A stretch of 63,514 bases of DNA, filler included, from Folioceros fuciformis (GCA_049999805.1; 12 parts of 12 records of this genome joined end to end with filler, not necessarily neighbours in it); one strand, 5' to 3'. Positions 51,759 through 63,504 are shown, counted from the whole stretch's first letter. The notes: generated by a model not told the origin, from the sequence alone. Numbers and translations are program-made.

Positions 51759-53342
51759 CGTTCAGGATTGGGTCGTTTGGAGATTCATGCATGGCCAGGC
51801 CAAGCCAGGCTCGGCTCCCCCCGCACCCGCCGCCGCCCGGCCCCTCAACTCAGAGACTTGACCGAACCTTTGAAAACGAGAATCGCCGCAGCAAAAAGCT
51901 CATGTTGCTAACCATCCATTGCCTGAGCTGCGGGCATGAACTTTAACCGTATAGACAGGGGCGGGGGAAATGAGCCCTTCGGTACCATTGGTGACTCAAC
52001 ATTTGCACCTGTCCCACCCACCGAGAAGCCTGCCGTCTAGGTTTGCTGCAGTTCAACAATGCCGCAGCAGGCCAGCATGATCCAAGACATGTCATCTGGG
52101 GCTCCTATGAACGTGCACGTCATCTTTGAATCCCTGAGAGCGGGCCCTAAACAGTCTGATGTACAAGCTTGATGCTAGCGATGTCTGCAGATATGGGCAC
52201 GGGCTGCGCGGACCATGCTGTTCTCGCTAGGCAGAAGGAATTAAAGGGGGTCGCCAAGAAACCCGCAAACGTGACATCCGCGTGCCTGATTGTTTGCTGC
52301 TGGTACCAGCGTACGGAGGCTTTACCTGCCTCAAATTGTTAGAGGACTCTCGGTTCCGTTCCAGGATCTGCTTCATGCTGTGGTACTCCAGTCAACCACT
52401 TCACTCCCAAGAGGCTGGTCCGCGTGCTGCCCAGTTCCAGTTTCGTTTAGCGACCCCTGGTCTTACAAGCTTTCGACCACAGATCCGGATCTGGGCACCC
52501 AAAACGCATTTGATCAGATGAGTGTGCCGGATTCCTCCTCGCTTCTTGTCACCCATTCATTTCGGAACAGGACAAGTTCAACTTTGGGTAACTTCGTTTT
52601 CACATATTCCACTGCCTCTGCCTGCCTCATGAGTCAACCGAGGACGCTGGGAGCCATGAGTTTCTTGAGAGCGACTTATTCCTACCATTCACAGCATTCA
52701 CTCATGGACATTTACGAGTCTGGATACTCCTAGTTGGGGAGGGAGCAAAGTTAAAAAAATATTTTTCTAAAATATGAAAATAGACACTCCCAATCCCTAT
52801 GATCCAACTCTATAAATATTATATTTTCATTATTATTTAAATTTAATTATTAACATATTATAATAATCACAAGATCATATTGTCTAAACTTCTGGAGAGC
52901 TACCAAGGTGAATGACCTGCGTGCCTCTCACTTATGGTCTTGAATAGGGTTTGCACTCAAAGAGCTACATGCATCTTTGTGGTCGGGTCCAGAAACAAGC
53001 TCCCACAATCTTTCAACTTGGGAGACTTGATCTTGCCCCATGGGTTGGATACAAAACATTTATGTACGACCACCACCATGGTTGTACACCTTATCACTCT
53101 CCAAAGCCGTTATCCTAGCCATGTGCACATGTAGGTGGGCCAATGCACCTTAAGCTAAGCACTATGCTATGACAATGAAATGTTTTATGCAATACAAGTA
53201 CAAGATGCTAAGTATTAATTCTATCTTACTTAGTATTTATCCAAGGCCTGTAGACCATATATAGTAAGGAATAGTGCTATCTAGTCTCAAAGACCAATGG
53301 CTGTCTATTAAGATCATTTCTATATGTTGCTAAACCAGGTAG

Positions 53343-53555
53343 TTTTTTATTTTCCTTTTTCATTTTCCCTTTTGGGTATGTTGTGTAAACTATAAGTTAA
53401 CATAAACATTAGTCAAGAGTGATTTGTGAAGAATTTCATACCTAGGTAGATTCAATTCTACAAATCAGTCTTAACAAATCAGTCTTGACTAATGGTTATG
53501 TTAAATTATAGTTTACACCGCATACCAAAAGGGAAGAGGTAAAGGAAAAAAAAAC
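53343..53555. mobile_element. AT-rich foldback / MITE-like element with ~90-bp imperfect inverted arms
   Basis: TTCCCTTTTGGGTATGTTGTGTAAACTATAAGTTAACATAAACATTAGTCAAGAGTGATTTGT pairs with ACAAATCAGTCTTGACTAATGGTTATGTTAAATTATAGTTTACACCGCATACCAAAAGGGAA. Confidence 0.8.
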
Positions 53556-53560
53556 TTCGT

Positions 53561-53972
53561 TCAAGAGGAGGTTTTGACCCAAACTGAGGCCCCCTTTCTC
53601 CATCTGTCCATACCAAGCAAGTGCCTCTTTGGCGGAACCCTTGGCTTGCTGTGCATGTCCAGATAGTGGTGCATTCTACACGTCACCACATCCTTTCTGG
53701 CCAGGCTTTCAAACACCTGGCGTGCATCCTCCGATTCACCACATTTTGCATACATGTTCGTCAGACAAGTGCCAACAAACAACAAAGTTAGTAAGTAGGA
53801 AGGCCACTACGCAACAGATCACAATTGGACTTTGTGCCAGATTCCAAGTTTGCGGCCAACGCACAAGCTTGGTTGAAGGGCAGCTACGACGACATGAGCA
53901 TCAGCTTGCGCTCCCAACCTTAGCATCTCACAGTACACTTGTATGGCCTCATTAGGTTTCCTGTGCTTAGAA
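53561..53972 (-). pseudogene. PLS-PPR pseudogene fragment; paralog of 48735-51758
   Basis: LFVGTCLTNMYAKCGESEDARQVFESLARKDVVT plus frameshifted flanks matching ~50560-50930. Confidence 0.85.
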
Positions 53973-53977
53973 GGAGC

Positions 53978-55337
53978 TGAAGGAAAAGCCACCAAGGGAA
54001 GGATGCTAGATGCCCATTCAACGACGCAAGAGGCGATCAGGAAAGAAGACCTTAACGAGCCACAAAGAGTACACAGTAGGATATTTTGTATTGAGAGGAG
54101 AGGAGGGGTTTTCGGAGCTTTACATTGGAATATCTAGACTAGCAAGATGTGGTATAAAGCCTTGGACTTCATAACCATAGCTAAGCAGAGGGCCTATACG
54201 CCTGTCTATGCTGCTAGATCCTGTTGAACCATCAGCTGTAATCTCCATCTATGGTTTGTGCTTGAAAGTCGGTCTAGCAGCCTTGCATCTCGTTGACTCA
54301 ACGAGGTGTGTGTGTTCAGTTCTCTGTGTACCACATGATACTGCATTGTGGCTACAAGACTCGAAGCATCAAGGAATGATACAACGTCAACAACTGAAGG
54401 CGCCCCACCGTACCAATCCCACCACGAGCTCCTAGCCACAACATCACATGTGCGGCAAGCGATCAAGTAACATCATCAATGATCTGGCACCCTATGCATT
54501 TAGAAGTACTGATCGCTAGTCTGTGTAGGGGGACTATAGTTCTAGGAAGGCATAGCTCATCACTGACCTATGGAATGGTATATGCCTAATAGATGTCCGC
54601 CGTTTTTACAGGTAGCTCAGAGACGTACCCTTGGCTAACAGCGTAACCAGTATCCTATAGCTTGGCACCCCCGGTGGGACTTGCTGCTATTGGCTTGGGC
54701 ACTTGACGGGTCTCTAGACCTGTGATCCTCCCCAACTCCCGAGCAAGACCACGCATATCACGACATCAACAAGAACCAGTAAGAAAAAAAAAACAGTAAG
54801 TCGAAACAGTCCATATACATGGACGATCGTTGCAAGCAGGAAGCTCAGTATAGTGGAGGAGAGTCTGAACCCACGTACCTAGTATATATTGTGATTGAGT
54901 GACAGATCAGAAGAGCTAGCTTCTCACGGTCAAGCTCTCTAACGCTGTAGGCATCTATAGCACTTGGCTAGCAAGATCAGAAGATGTCTAGATCGACGGA
55001 CAGGCGCTATGGTGAAATGCCCACCTTACCCACCTTCTTTGGGACCCCAGCAGATGATCCAGATGAGCATTTATTGAACTTCAAGAATGCTATGAAATCT
55101 AGGATCATGGGGACTGAAAAGAAGTACCTAAAGTATTTTCCCACCTCGCCCCGTGGACAAGCAAAAGCCTAGTATGAGAAACTCGAGGGTGTGGATCAAC
55201 TTGATTGGGCTCGCCTTTGTTGCGCATTCCTTGTCAAGTTTGAAGCCCCGCCTTCCTAAGGGATTGTCACAAACAACTTCTTGACCTGTATCCGGATGAT
55301 CATCAAACTCTGACTAGTTACATCGATAGACTAAGGA
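53978..55337 (+). mobile_element. Ty3/gypsy (Tat/Ogre-like) 5' portion: LTR ~53978-54659, PBS 54663-54680, decayed gag 54984-55337, truncated
   Basis: LTR termini TGAAGGA...TCCTATA (decayed TG..CA); PBS TGGCACCCCCGGTGGGAC resembles the tRNA-Arg PBS; gag LPTFFGTPADDPDEHLLNF...FPTSPRGQAKA*Y...W..L..AFLVKF. Confidence 0.8.
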
Positions 55338-55638
55338 TTTAGGGTTTAGGGTCAGGGTTTAGGGTTAAGGGTTTAGGGTCAGGGTTAAGGGTTTAGGGTT
55401 TAGGGATCAGTGTTTACGGGTTTTAGGGTTTAGGGTTAAGGGTTTAAAGGGATTTTAGGGGTTAGGGTTTAGGGTTTAGGGTTTAGGGTTCCTCGGGTTT
55501 AGGGTTTAGGGTTTAGGGTTTAGGGTTTAGGGTTTAGGGTTTTAGGGTTTAGGGTTTAGGGTTTTAGGGTTTAGGGTTTAGGGTTTAGGGTTCAGGGTTT
55601 AGGGTTTAGGGTTTAGGGTTTAGGGTTTAGGGTTTAGG
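55338..55638 (+). repeat. plant telomere repeat array (TTTAGGG)n running to the contig end
   Basis: about 300 bp; variant units proximally, mostly perfect units distally; G-rich strand points toward the contig end. Confidence 0.97.
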
Positions 55639-57341
55639 NNNNNNNNNNNNNNNNNNNNNNNNNNNNNNNNNNNNNNNNNNNNTTAATTAATTAANNNNNN
55701 NNNNNNNNNNNNNNNNNNNNNNNNNNNNNNNNNNNNNNGCGCCTCACCTTCGACCCGCATTCGACGGCCTGCAACAAAACGTGGCTCAGCTTTGATATTG
55801 TGCGCCTCAAAGCTGTCGGTGCTCAGCGGCTCGGCGAAATCATTCGTCAAAGAGCGAGAAACAAGAAGAACAAACCCGAAGCAACTCAACGGCGCATGAG
55901 TAGACAACGAAGATTCAGTCATCCTGCCGCAGATAAGGAGCACGAAGAAGGAAAGGGACGGAGGAACACGAGACAGCAAGAATCACACGGTGCACGCGGG
56001 AGCGGTATCCCATTCACTCATCAAAGGCACATTCCACGAGTGTCTACTCTCTACTGAGATTTCCGTCTTCGGGGATGCCTGACCTGGTGCTCGCAACCAC
56101 CTCCATCCTGCTTCTAGGAGTAGGCAGCGAGCGAGGAGCTCCTCGAAAACCCAGCCCTGCAAATCCAGAGACTTAAAACCAGATCGAAGCTTGCAGAGAA
56201 AGCACATGAAGGAGCTGAAGACTCTTAGCTACCCTGGTAGGGACACTGCACAGTGAGCATTGCTGGCAGGCTATGGTCCAGCAAGGCGAGCAGCAGCAGC
56301 AAGCAGGCAGAGGTAGCAAAGGCGAAGAGCGCTCTATCCCACCAGCATGAGTGCTGCGGGTGGACACAAGCAGGTAAGGAGGAAAGGCACACCTGACATT
56401 CTTCCCAAATCTGTGCACACAGTCAGTGAAGAGGAGTGCGGAGAAGCAGCAGCATCAAGCGGGAATGGGGAGCCAACCTGGCTGCGGGAACAAGGCAAGA
56501 TGCTCCCACATTCCGCTGGGAAACCTAAAGCTGGCGACACAGGCAGACCAGCCAGTCAAACCCAAGGATGGCCGAGGCACGACCCGAACTGAGATGAAGG
56601 GGCACGCGTCATCCCGAGACGCAGGCATCCGAGAGATGTGAGATACGACCAATTACATACATTCATGATTTTTTATATTTTAAGCGACTTCTCATTGTAC
56701 AAATGTACCCCACATACACATGTATGTACAACACAAACAAAAGTTTCCTATNNNNNNNNNNNNNNNNNNNNNNNNNNNNNNNNNNNNNNNNNNNNNNNNN
56801 NNNNNNNNNNNNNNNNNNNNNNNNNNNNNNNNNNNNNNNNNNNNNNNNNNNAGAGCCCACATACCTTGTTAAACTATATTTCCTTCATTGCATACCTTTT
56901 TTTTGTTAAGGGAGTTTTTTTATAGCAGATGTAGTGGGGTCTGACCTTTTCATGACCAAGGGGAGACCAGGTTTCTATAGTGAATGTAGTTGTCACATAC
57001 CCCACTCAAACAACTATTAGCGAGTAATTGTTATCAACCTCTCGGGTTGGGAAAGTGCGACAAAAAAGTCTTGCAAGTACAGGCCCATGTAGCAAGGTCA
57101 CTTGTTCATCCCCTTTGCTATGTAAGGATTTTTCCTAGTTTTTGAAAAGTGTAGGGCTTCCCTATCTGGCACGGTATCATTTTTCCACCAATCGGTTCCG
57201 ATTGTGTCACAAAAGATCTTGGTAAACGTATACAACATCAAGTCCAGCAGATGTGGCTTCAGCACCCCCGGTGATAAATAGGTCATGCCTTAAATCTAAA
57301 TGCAACATCTTAGGGGCGATAGGGAGCTACAGGCTAGGCGG

Positions 57342-57424
57342 ACAAGGGGGTTAAGCCCCCATTCTTGGCTTTCCCTCATTGTCTAGACGAACAAGGGGGT
57401 TAAGCCCCCATTCTTGGCTTTCCC
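57342..57424 (+). repeat. 34-bp direct duplication ACAAGGGGGTTAAGCCCCCATTCTTGGCTTTCCC
   Basis: two identical copies, each containing a small GGGG-TTAAG-CCCC hairpin. Confidence 0.8.
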
Positions 57425-58566
57425 ATTGTCGATTGTTCCCTTTGTCACGAAGTAGATGGAACTTCCATTTTTTATTTTTTCTTTTTTTTTCTGTAAAGTC
57501 CTCAAGTTACATAACAAAGAAACCTTAACCATTGTGTTAAACATAACTAATTGCTAATGTATCTTCACATGTCTAGACACCCATAATGCTATAGGCAGCA
57601 ATTGGTGCCCCACGTCCCTTGGAGGTTAGGGGGTGTTAGCCATTGGTGTCTTAATAAAATCCTGTCTTCAAAACTGTCCACCAAGTTTCCCAACGTCCAT
57701 GATATTAAGGGTGTGTTAGCAAGCATATGAATTGAAGACTGGGATTTTTTGAATCTTGGTAACCATCTCTTCACTTTCTTAAAGAAACATGAAGGAAATG
57801 ACTTTTGGGTTGTGTGGCATGCTATATATATATCAGCATCATTGTATGGCCCTCACGATGACTCTTATAATGAAAGACATAATAATACACTATTTTTATA
57901 GTTATAAATTTTATTTTACATTGATTATAATAAAACAAGAAAGAGAAAAAAAGAAGGTGAAAAGAAAGGATTTTTTTCATGCCTATAATAGGGAATGAAG
58001 CACTGTAACGTGCACACATTGTTCGGGGCTTGAGTAATATTATAAAAATGCATGTATAATATAGAATGATAAAAATGATATAATAATGTGAGATAAAATA
58101 TGCAGATATCTGCATATTGAGTTTGGATTGGTATTTATTAGGCTCGGATATTCGAGAAAAAATGCCTCGCCAGTGTCGGGCTAGAGTGATCGCCAAGCGT
58201 CTTTCAAGTGGGAGAGCAGCGAGGAGCGGGTTGGGATGAACCAGTGTACCCCAAATGGCCAAATGGGGAACAAAGGGAAAGACCTAGGTTTTAGAGGATT
58301 GGCGCCGCACAAGGAGGGTGACAATGCGAAGAGAAGAGAGCTCGCGCAGTGATGGGAAAGAACGATTTGTGTGCAGAATGGCCGAGTTTGTGCAATGAGG
58401 CCTCCCACGATCCACATTGTGCTTCCTGTGCAAGGGTGGGTTGTGGGTGGCAGGAGACGGTGATTCAAGGCGGGCGGGGCTGCTGTGGGAGAGTTCTGGT
58501 GCATCCAGCTTGCACTGTAGTCTGTGGTGTCGTGGGGTCCGATAGCGAATTGGACCGTCTGCTTCC

Positions 58567-60900
58567 ATGGAGAGCAAACGTGGGTGGGCGGGAGTGATGT
58601 GGAGGGTAGGGCGAGCTGTAGTAGCGGGTCGGGTCAGGGTGCCTGCGAGGAGGGGATGCGCGTCCAGCGCCAGTCCGGAGAGTGACAATTTTGTGCCAGA
58701 AGTTCGGGTGGTCAAGCCCAGTTCGTGGCGTGTGTTGCCTGAGAAGATGGGCAGCGTTTTTGAGGCGCAGGCGAGTGTTGGGTCCACGGTTGTTAGCTTC
58801 GAAACGGGGAAGTTGGCCAGGTTCGCGTCAGGGGCGATTGTGGCAGGGGTGAAGGGGACGAAAGTGTTGGCCACTGTTGTTTCTGAGTCGCGGTTGGATT
58901 CGAGTGCCAGTTTTCTTCCCCTGCTGGTGGAGTACAGGGAGAAGAACTATGCGAAAGGCAGGATACCTAACACGTTCATGCGCCGGGAAGGGGCTCCTAA
59001 GGAGCGTGAACTCCTGTGCGCGAGAGTAATAGATCGGTCCATCAGACCCCTGTTCCCTAAAGGGTATTACTTTGAAACTCAGATTATAGCCAATGTGCTT
59101 TGCTCTGATGGTGAGCAGGATCCTGATGTTCTGGCTGTGAATGCAGCATCCGCAGCTTTGATGTGCTCCGATGTGCCCTGGAATGGGCCCATTGGAGCTG
59201 TGAGGATTGGTCGGGTGAATGGCAAGTTCGTCGTGAACCCTGAAATGGATGTGTTGAGCGAGAGTGATCTGAGCTTGATTTACTCTTGCACTGCCGACAA
59301 GACTATGATGATTGAGACACAGGCCAGGGAGATCTCCAACCAGGACCTGATTGCTGCACTCCGGTTGGCCCATTCCGAGGCTGTTAAACTTATTCCAGCT
59401 CAGTACGAGCTGTCAGGGAAGGTGTGCAACAGGAAGAGGGAAGTGCAGACTTTTGTAGTCTCGGCTTCGGTGTTGGATAAGGTGAGGAGTCTGGCAGCGG
59501 AGCACATTAAAACCATTTTGGACGATCCTGGTTATGGCAAGTTTGAGAGGGGGAAGGCTTTGAGCGCTGTGCAGGATGATGTGAAGGGCGTTCTGCTATC
59601 TCAAGGGGACGATGAAGGTTTGAGCCAGTTACCAGCTGCTTTCGATCAGGTGAAGAAACAGTTGTTGCGCGATAACATATTTCAACGGGGCGTTAGGGTG
59701 GATGGCCGCACCTTGACAGACGTGAGGGAAATATACTGTGAGGTTGGCCCTTACTCCACCTTGCACGGTTCTTCAATTTTCTCCAGAGGAAACACGCAGG
59801 TTCTGTGCACCGTGACTCTCGGGTCAAATGATGATGCGCAGAGGCTTGACTCTCTTGTTGGGCCGACCAGTAAGTCCTTCTTTGTGCACTACTCCTTTCC
59901 TCCATTTTCCATCAACGAAGTCGGGAGACTTGGTGGCATGAACAGGAGGGAGGTTGGACATGGCACCCTTGCTGAGAAGGCGTTGATAGCCGTTCTTCCT
60001 CCCGAGGATGAATTGGGCTTCATTGTGCGTGTTTCTTCAGAGGTGATGGCATCCGATGGGTCCTCATCCATGGCTACTGTATGTGGTGGGAGCCTAGCTC
60101 TGATGGATACTGGTGTGCAGTTGGAACGACACGTTGCTGGGGTGTCCATGGGCCTGGTGTCTCTCTTGGATCCTGAAACGGGCAATTTTCTGGACTACAG
60201 AATTCTGACTGACATATTGGGCTTAGAAGATCACTTGGGGGACATGGACTTCAAGATTGCGGGCACAAAACGAGGAGTGACTGCCATACAGTTAGACATC
60301 AAACTGAAGGGTATCCCTCTTGACATACTGTGTGAGTGCCTTGAACCTGCCCTTATTGCCCGCAGTTACATCATCGATGAAATGGAGAAGGTGTTAAAAG
60401 AACCTCGCAAGGAGCAAAAAGAGAACACTCCTCGCAAGGGCTCTGTAACAATTGAGAGAGATGCTGTCAGACTCTTGATCGGTCCTCTCGGTGCAACAGT
60501 GAGGAACATCCAAAATACAACTGGTTCCAAATTGCAGATATCTGAAGAGGGAGTAGTGACAATATTTTCGCTGAACCAGGCAGGCCTTGATGAGGCAAAG
60601 GAGATGATCGAAGCGGTTGTGGGCAACAGGGAGATTGTGGTTGGGGGAATCTACACCGGAACTATTGTAGCTATCAAAGATTTTGGAGCCTTTGTGGAGA
60701 TCAAGAACAGAGGACATCAGGGCCTGCTTCACATCTCAGAGCTTGAGCACCACCATGTGGTCCGTGTAGGAGACGTTGTTTCTCTAGGAGAGGAGGTCCA
60801 AGTGATGTGCATTGCGAGAGATCTTAGAGGAAACGTGAAGCTGTCCCGCAAGGCAGTGCTACCTCCACCTCAAGAAGCCGAGGCTGTGTCCAAAGCGTGA
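58567..60900 (+). CDS. PNP2: polyribonucleotide nucleotidyltransferase (PNPase), mitochondrial type, intronless, 777 aa
   Basis: FETGKLARFASG, FLPLLVEYRE, RVIDRSIRPLFP, RVDGR, RREVGHG, SDGSSSMA, EDHLGDMDFK, KH (LIGPLG) and S1 (DFGAFVE...GLLHISEL) domains; Arg-rich presequence. Confidence 0.95.
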   Translation: MESKRGWAGVMWRVGRAVVAGRVRVPARRGCASSASPESDNFVPEVRVVKPSSWRVLPEKMGSVFEAQASVGSTVVSFETGKLARFASGAIVAGVKGTKVLATVVSESRLDSSASFLPLLVEYREKNYAKGRIPNTFMRREGAPKERELLCARVIDRSIRPLFPKGYYFETQIIANVLCSDGEQDPDVLAVNAASAALMCSDVPWNGPIGAVRIGRVNGKFVVNPEMDVLSESDLSLIYSCTADKTMMIETQAREISNQDLIAALRLAHSEAVKLIPAQYELSGKVCNRKREVQTFVVSASVLDKVRSLAAEHIKTILDDPGYGKFERGKALSAVQDDVKGVLLSQGDDEGLSQLPAAFDQVKKQLLRDNIFQRGVRVDGRTLTDVREIYCEVGPYSTLHGSSIFSRGNTQVLCTVTLGSNDDAQRLDSLVGPTSKSFFVHYSFPPFSINEVGRLGGMNRREVGHGTLAEKALIAVLPPEDELGFIVRVSSEVMASDGSSSMATVCGGSLALMDTGVQLERHVAGVSMGLVSLLDPETGNFLDYRILTDILGLEDHLGDMDFKIAGTKRGVTAIQLDIKLKGIPLDILCECLEPALIARSYIIDEMEKVLKEPRKEQKENTPRKGSVTIERDAVRLLIGPLGATVRNIQNTTGSKLQISEEGVVTIFSLNQAGLDEAKEMIEAVVGNREIVVGGIYTGTIVAIKDFGAFVEIKNRGHQGLLHISELEHHHVVRVGDVVSLGEEVQVMCIARDLRGNVKLSRKAVLPPPQEAEAVSKA

Positions 60901-61604
60901 CAGAACAGAACAGACAATTTTCATTCAGACTGACGGTAGTAAGGAGGTTGTGTCCTACGGCTTGGAATTGTTCATATTACGAGAGCAGGTAGAATTGCTG
61001 GCGTTGCGCTGCGCATCTAGTTTCCGGTGGTGCCTACATCCACGTTTAGTCGAGTGGCACTAGAATGAAGTCAGTTTTGCACCTTTTCCCTACAGGGGTA
61101 CCCCTTTGCAGGAGCCCCGTCTCGCTGGAATTAGATTCTCGGACAACACGCATGAGGGAATTCCGGGTACCATTAGGAGTAGGTCCAGGGCCTTTGGGCG
61201 GGTCAGAAGGTACGGTCGTTTGGTCTCTTCCGTTTGAACAAAGAACACATTGACGAACAAAACGGGTACACAACTGAAGATGTCCTTTTGAAAAGCATGG
61301 AAGCACACGTCCGGGATGGACGACCTTTCCACTCACGAGAACAGTCCACAATATACTCACGTATTGCAGTGGCAACAGGAGGAAGCAGACATGCAGATGA
61401 GAAACTTTCCCGGAGGCGACCGTCTGCAGCTTAATAGCATCCTACTCTACTCTACAGTAGCTATCAACCTCAAGGGATGGAGGGAGAAGACCTCTACAAA
61501 AGACATCGCAACAAGAAGTGATGCTCGGCACAAGTGCCTGGCTCGTGTTCCAGCAGTGCTAGTAGATGGATAGCCCAAGCGGGGGCGCACATGCGTCTAT
61601 CCCA

Positions 61605-62126
61605 CTAATCAGGACTTCCAGCCAGGTAAGCCTCAAACTGGGCCCGCGGAGTGCAATTGCCAGGAACCCCGGAGAGTGCACGCAATGCCAAACCTCGCAG
61701 AACACAAGCCTCCCTGTATTCCTCCTTCCACCCCTGGATCAGTTCTGCGCATTCGAAGTACCACTGCCTGCAACCACACGCAGTTACGCTGTCAGCACCA
61801 TTCCACTCCAAGACAGCAACACTCAATGACTCACTGTAAGAGAAGAGTTTCGGAGACACGGAAACCAGCTTGCACAAGGAGCGGGCGAAGCGCTGGTCAG
61901 GGTATTGGAGACTGTACTTGCACACCATAGCACAACTGATGAGGTCTTCGCAATCCAGTTGAGCGAACACCCGGCGGCTCAATTCCCTTGGCAACTGCAG
62001 CGCTACGCACCTCAAGTCGGCACTGCAGGCCGCTTGAGCAGGATCCGAGCGCAGCGTCACCTCAACCTGCGGCTCCGAGAGCCGCAGTGAGTGACGAGAG
62101 CCTGCAAACGATGGACGCTCAGCCAT
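61605..62126 (-). CDS. small F-box protein; probable exons 62126-61918 and 61767-61605
   Basis: LQLPRELSRRVFAQLDCEDLISCAMVCK|QW F-box; removing a 150-nt GT-AG intron restores the VCKxW motif. Confidence 0.75.
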   Translation of the reverse strand: MAERPSFAGSRHSLRLSEPQVEVTLRSDPAQAACSADLRCVALQLPRELSRRVFAQLDCEDLISCAMVCKYSLQYPDQRFARSLCKLVSVSPKLFSYSESLSVAVLEWNGADSVTACGCRQWYFECAELIQGWKEEYREACVLRGLALRALSGVPGNCTPRAQFEAYLAGSPD

Positions 62127-62491
62127 GCTTGGACAAGCCTCGTCCAGCCCCAAAACCAAGCTTGCTCGTGACCTAAATTAGCACTTGTACATGGTTCGGT
62201 GCGAGAATAAGTCCAGAAACAGCCGACGGCATACACTCGGCTCTGCCTTCAAGACCGGTCGGGTCGGGCTGGGGCCTCGGATTGCACATGCCAGTGGACT
62301 GATAGAAGACTTCGTTAGCGGACGTCGAAAGTAAAAACCGTTTGGGAACTCCGCAAAACAAGCGAGTCGAGAGATAAACTGGCAGCAGGGTCCAGACCGT
62401 CTATGGAGGAAGACTTCACACACATATGCAGATGCCAAGCAAATCCCCACGATAAGGTAAACCAACAGCCACTAGAACCCTAAAAGTGTGC

Positions 62492-63504
62492 TCATCGCGA
62501 AGTCGTAGGATCCCATCCGGTAACCAGATTCTCGTCCAAAGCATCCAGTTGTTGCAGGTCTTGAGGTGATATTTCGAAGTCAAAAACCTGCACGACACCG
62601 AAGACAGGTTTCGGCAGCACATTCAATGGGGGCTACATAAAACGAAGTTTGAGCCGATTGCAAACCTGAGAGTTTTCCAGGATTCGGGAAGGGGTGACGG
62701 ACTTGGGAAGTGGCACATACTCCTTCTGTATGCACCAACGAATGAGCAGCTGGGCACTCGACTTGTTGTACTTTTTGGCAATCTGAAGGAACCACGGATG
62801 ACATGAGACATAATCATTCAGCTAGGGCTCTGATAGCTCTATGAGAAATGAGCCAAGGGTCTCACCTGTGCGAGAACTGGATGGTTCAGATTGGCCCCTC
62901 TCGTCAGGGGAGAATACGCTTGTAGCACAATGTTCTGGGACTTGCAAAACTGTACAATTCTCTCCCTTCCACAAAAAGGACTGAGCTCAATCTGCCGAAA
63001 CACGAATAAGGTATGGGGTTTCCGTTAATCCAAGCAAGAGGCAGTGGAGGAGGCGGAAGGGAGGCAGGGCAGGGCAGGCAGGGCAGTCCGGGGCCTACCT
63101 GGTTCACAGATGGTCGAATCCGGCACGAATTGAACAATTCCTGCAAGTGGTGAATTCCGTAATTGCTAACCCCGATTGCTCTGGCCTTTCCGCTCAACAG
63201 GATCTCCTCCATGGCCTTCCATGTCTTCAGACGGTCCCGACTCAACGGAGAATGAACGAGGTAGAGATCCACTGAAACAAACAAATCCACCGTCAAATCC
63301 GCGACACCAGCATAAACATCAAAGAGCTCCTGGGTTGATCCGCGCGACATGTGCAACGCGTACGCATACCGTAATCGAGACCAAGCTCTTTCAAGCTCCT
63401 GTCAATGGCTCGCAGCGTCTGCTGGTAGCCATGATCACTGTTCCACAGCTTTGTGGTAACGAAAATCTCTTCTCTTGGGATGCCACTGGCACGCACGCCC
63501 TTCC
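62492..63504 (-). CDS. aldo-keto reductase (AKR5 / glyoxal reductase-like), 3' exons 63504-63370, 63271-63099, 62991-62866, 62782-62666, 62587-62492; 5' end outside the window
   Basis: [66 protein letters not shown]. Confidence 0.93.

Noticed and set aside
52000-52730. Possible gene fragments upstream of the PPR gene
   Set aside because: Only short broken frames with no recognisable family, so no call is supported
4687-55738. Recurrent TTAATTAATTAA motif as a biological repeat
   Set aside because: It is always centred in a 100-nt N block and is an artificial six-frame-stop scaffold linker
48735-60900. PPR editing factor plus PNPase as an organellar RNA-metabolism cluster
   Set aside because: They are separated by a telomere array and an artificial linker, so the adjacency is unsupported
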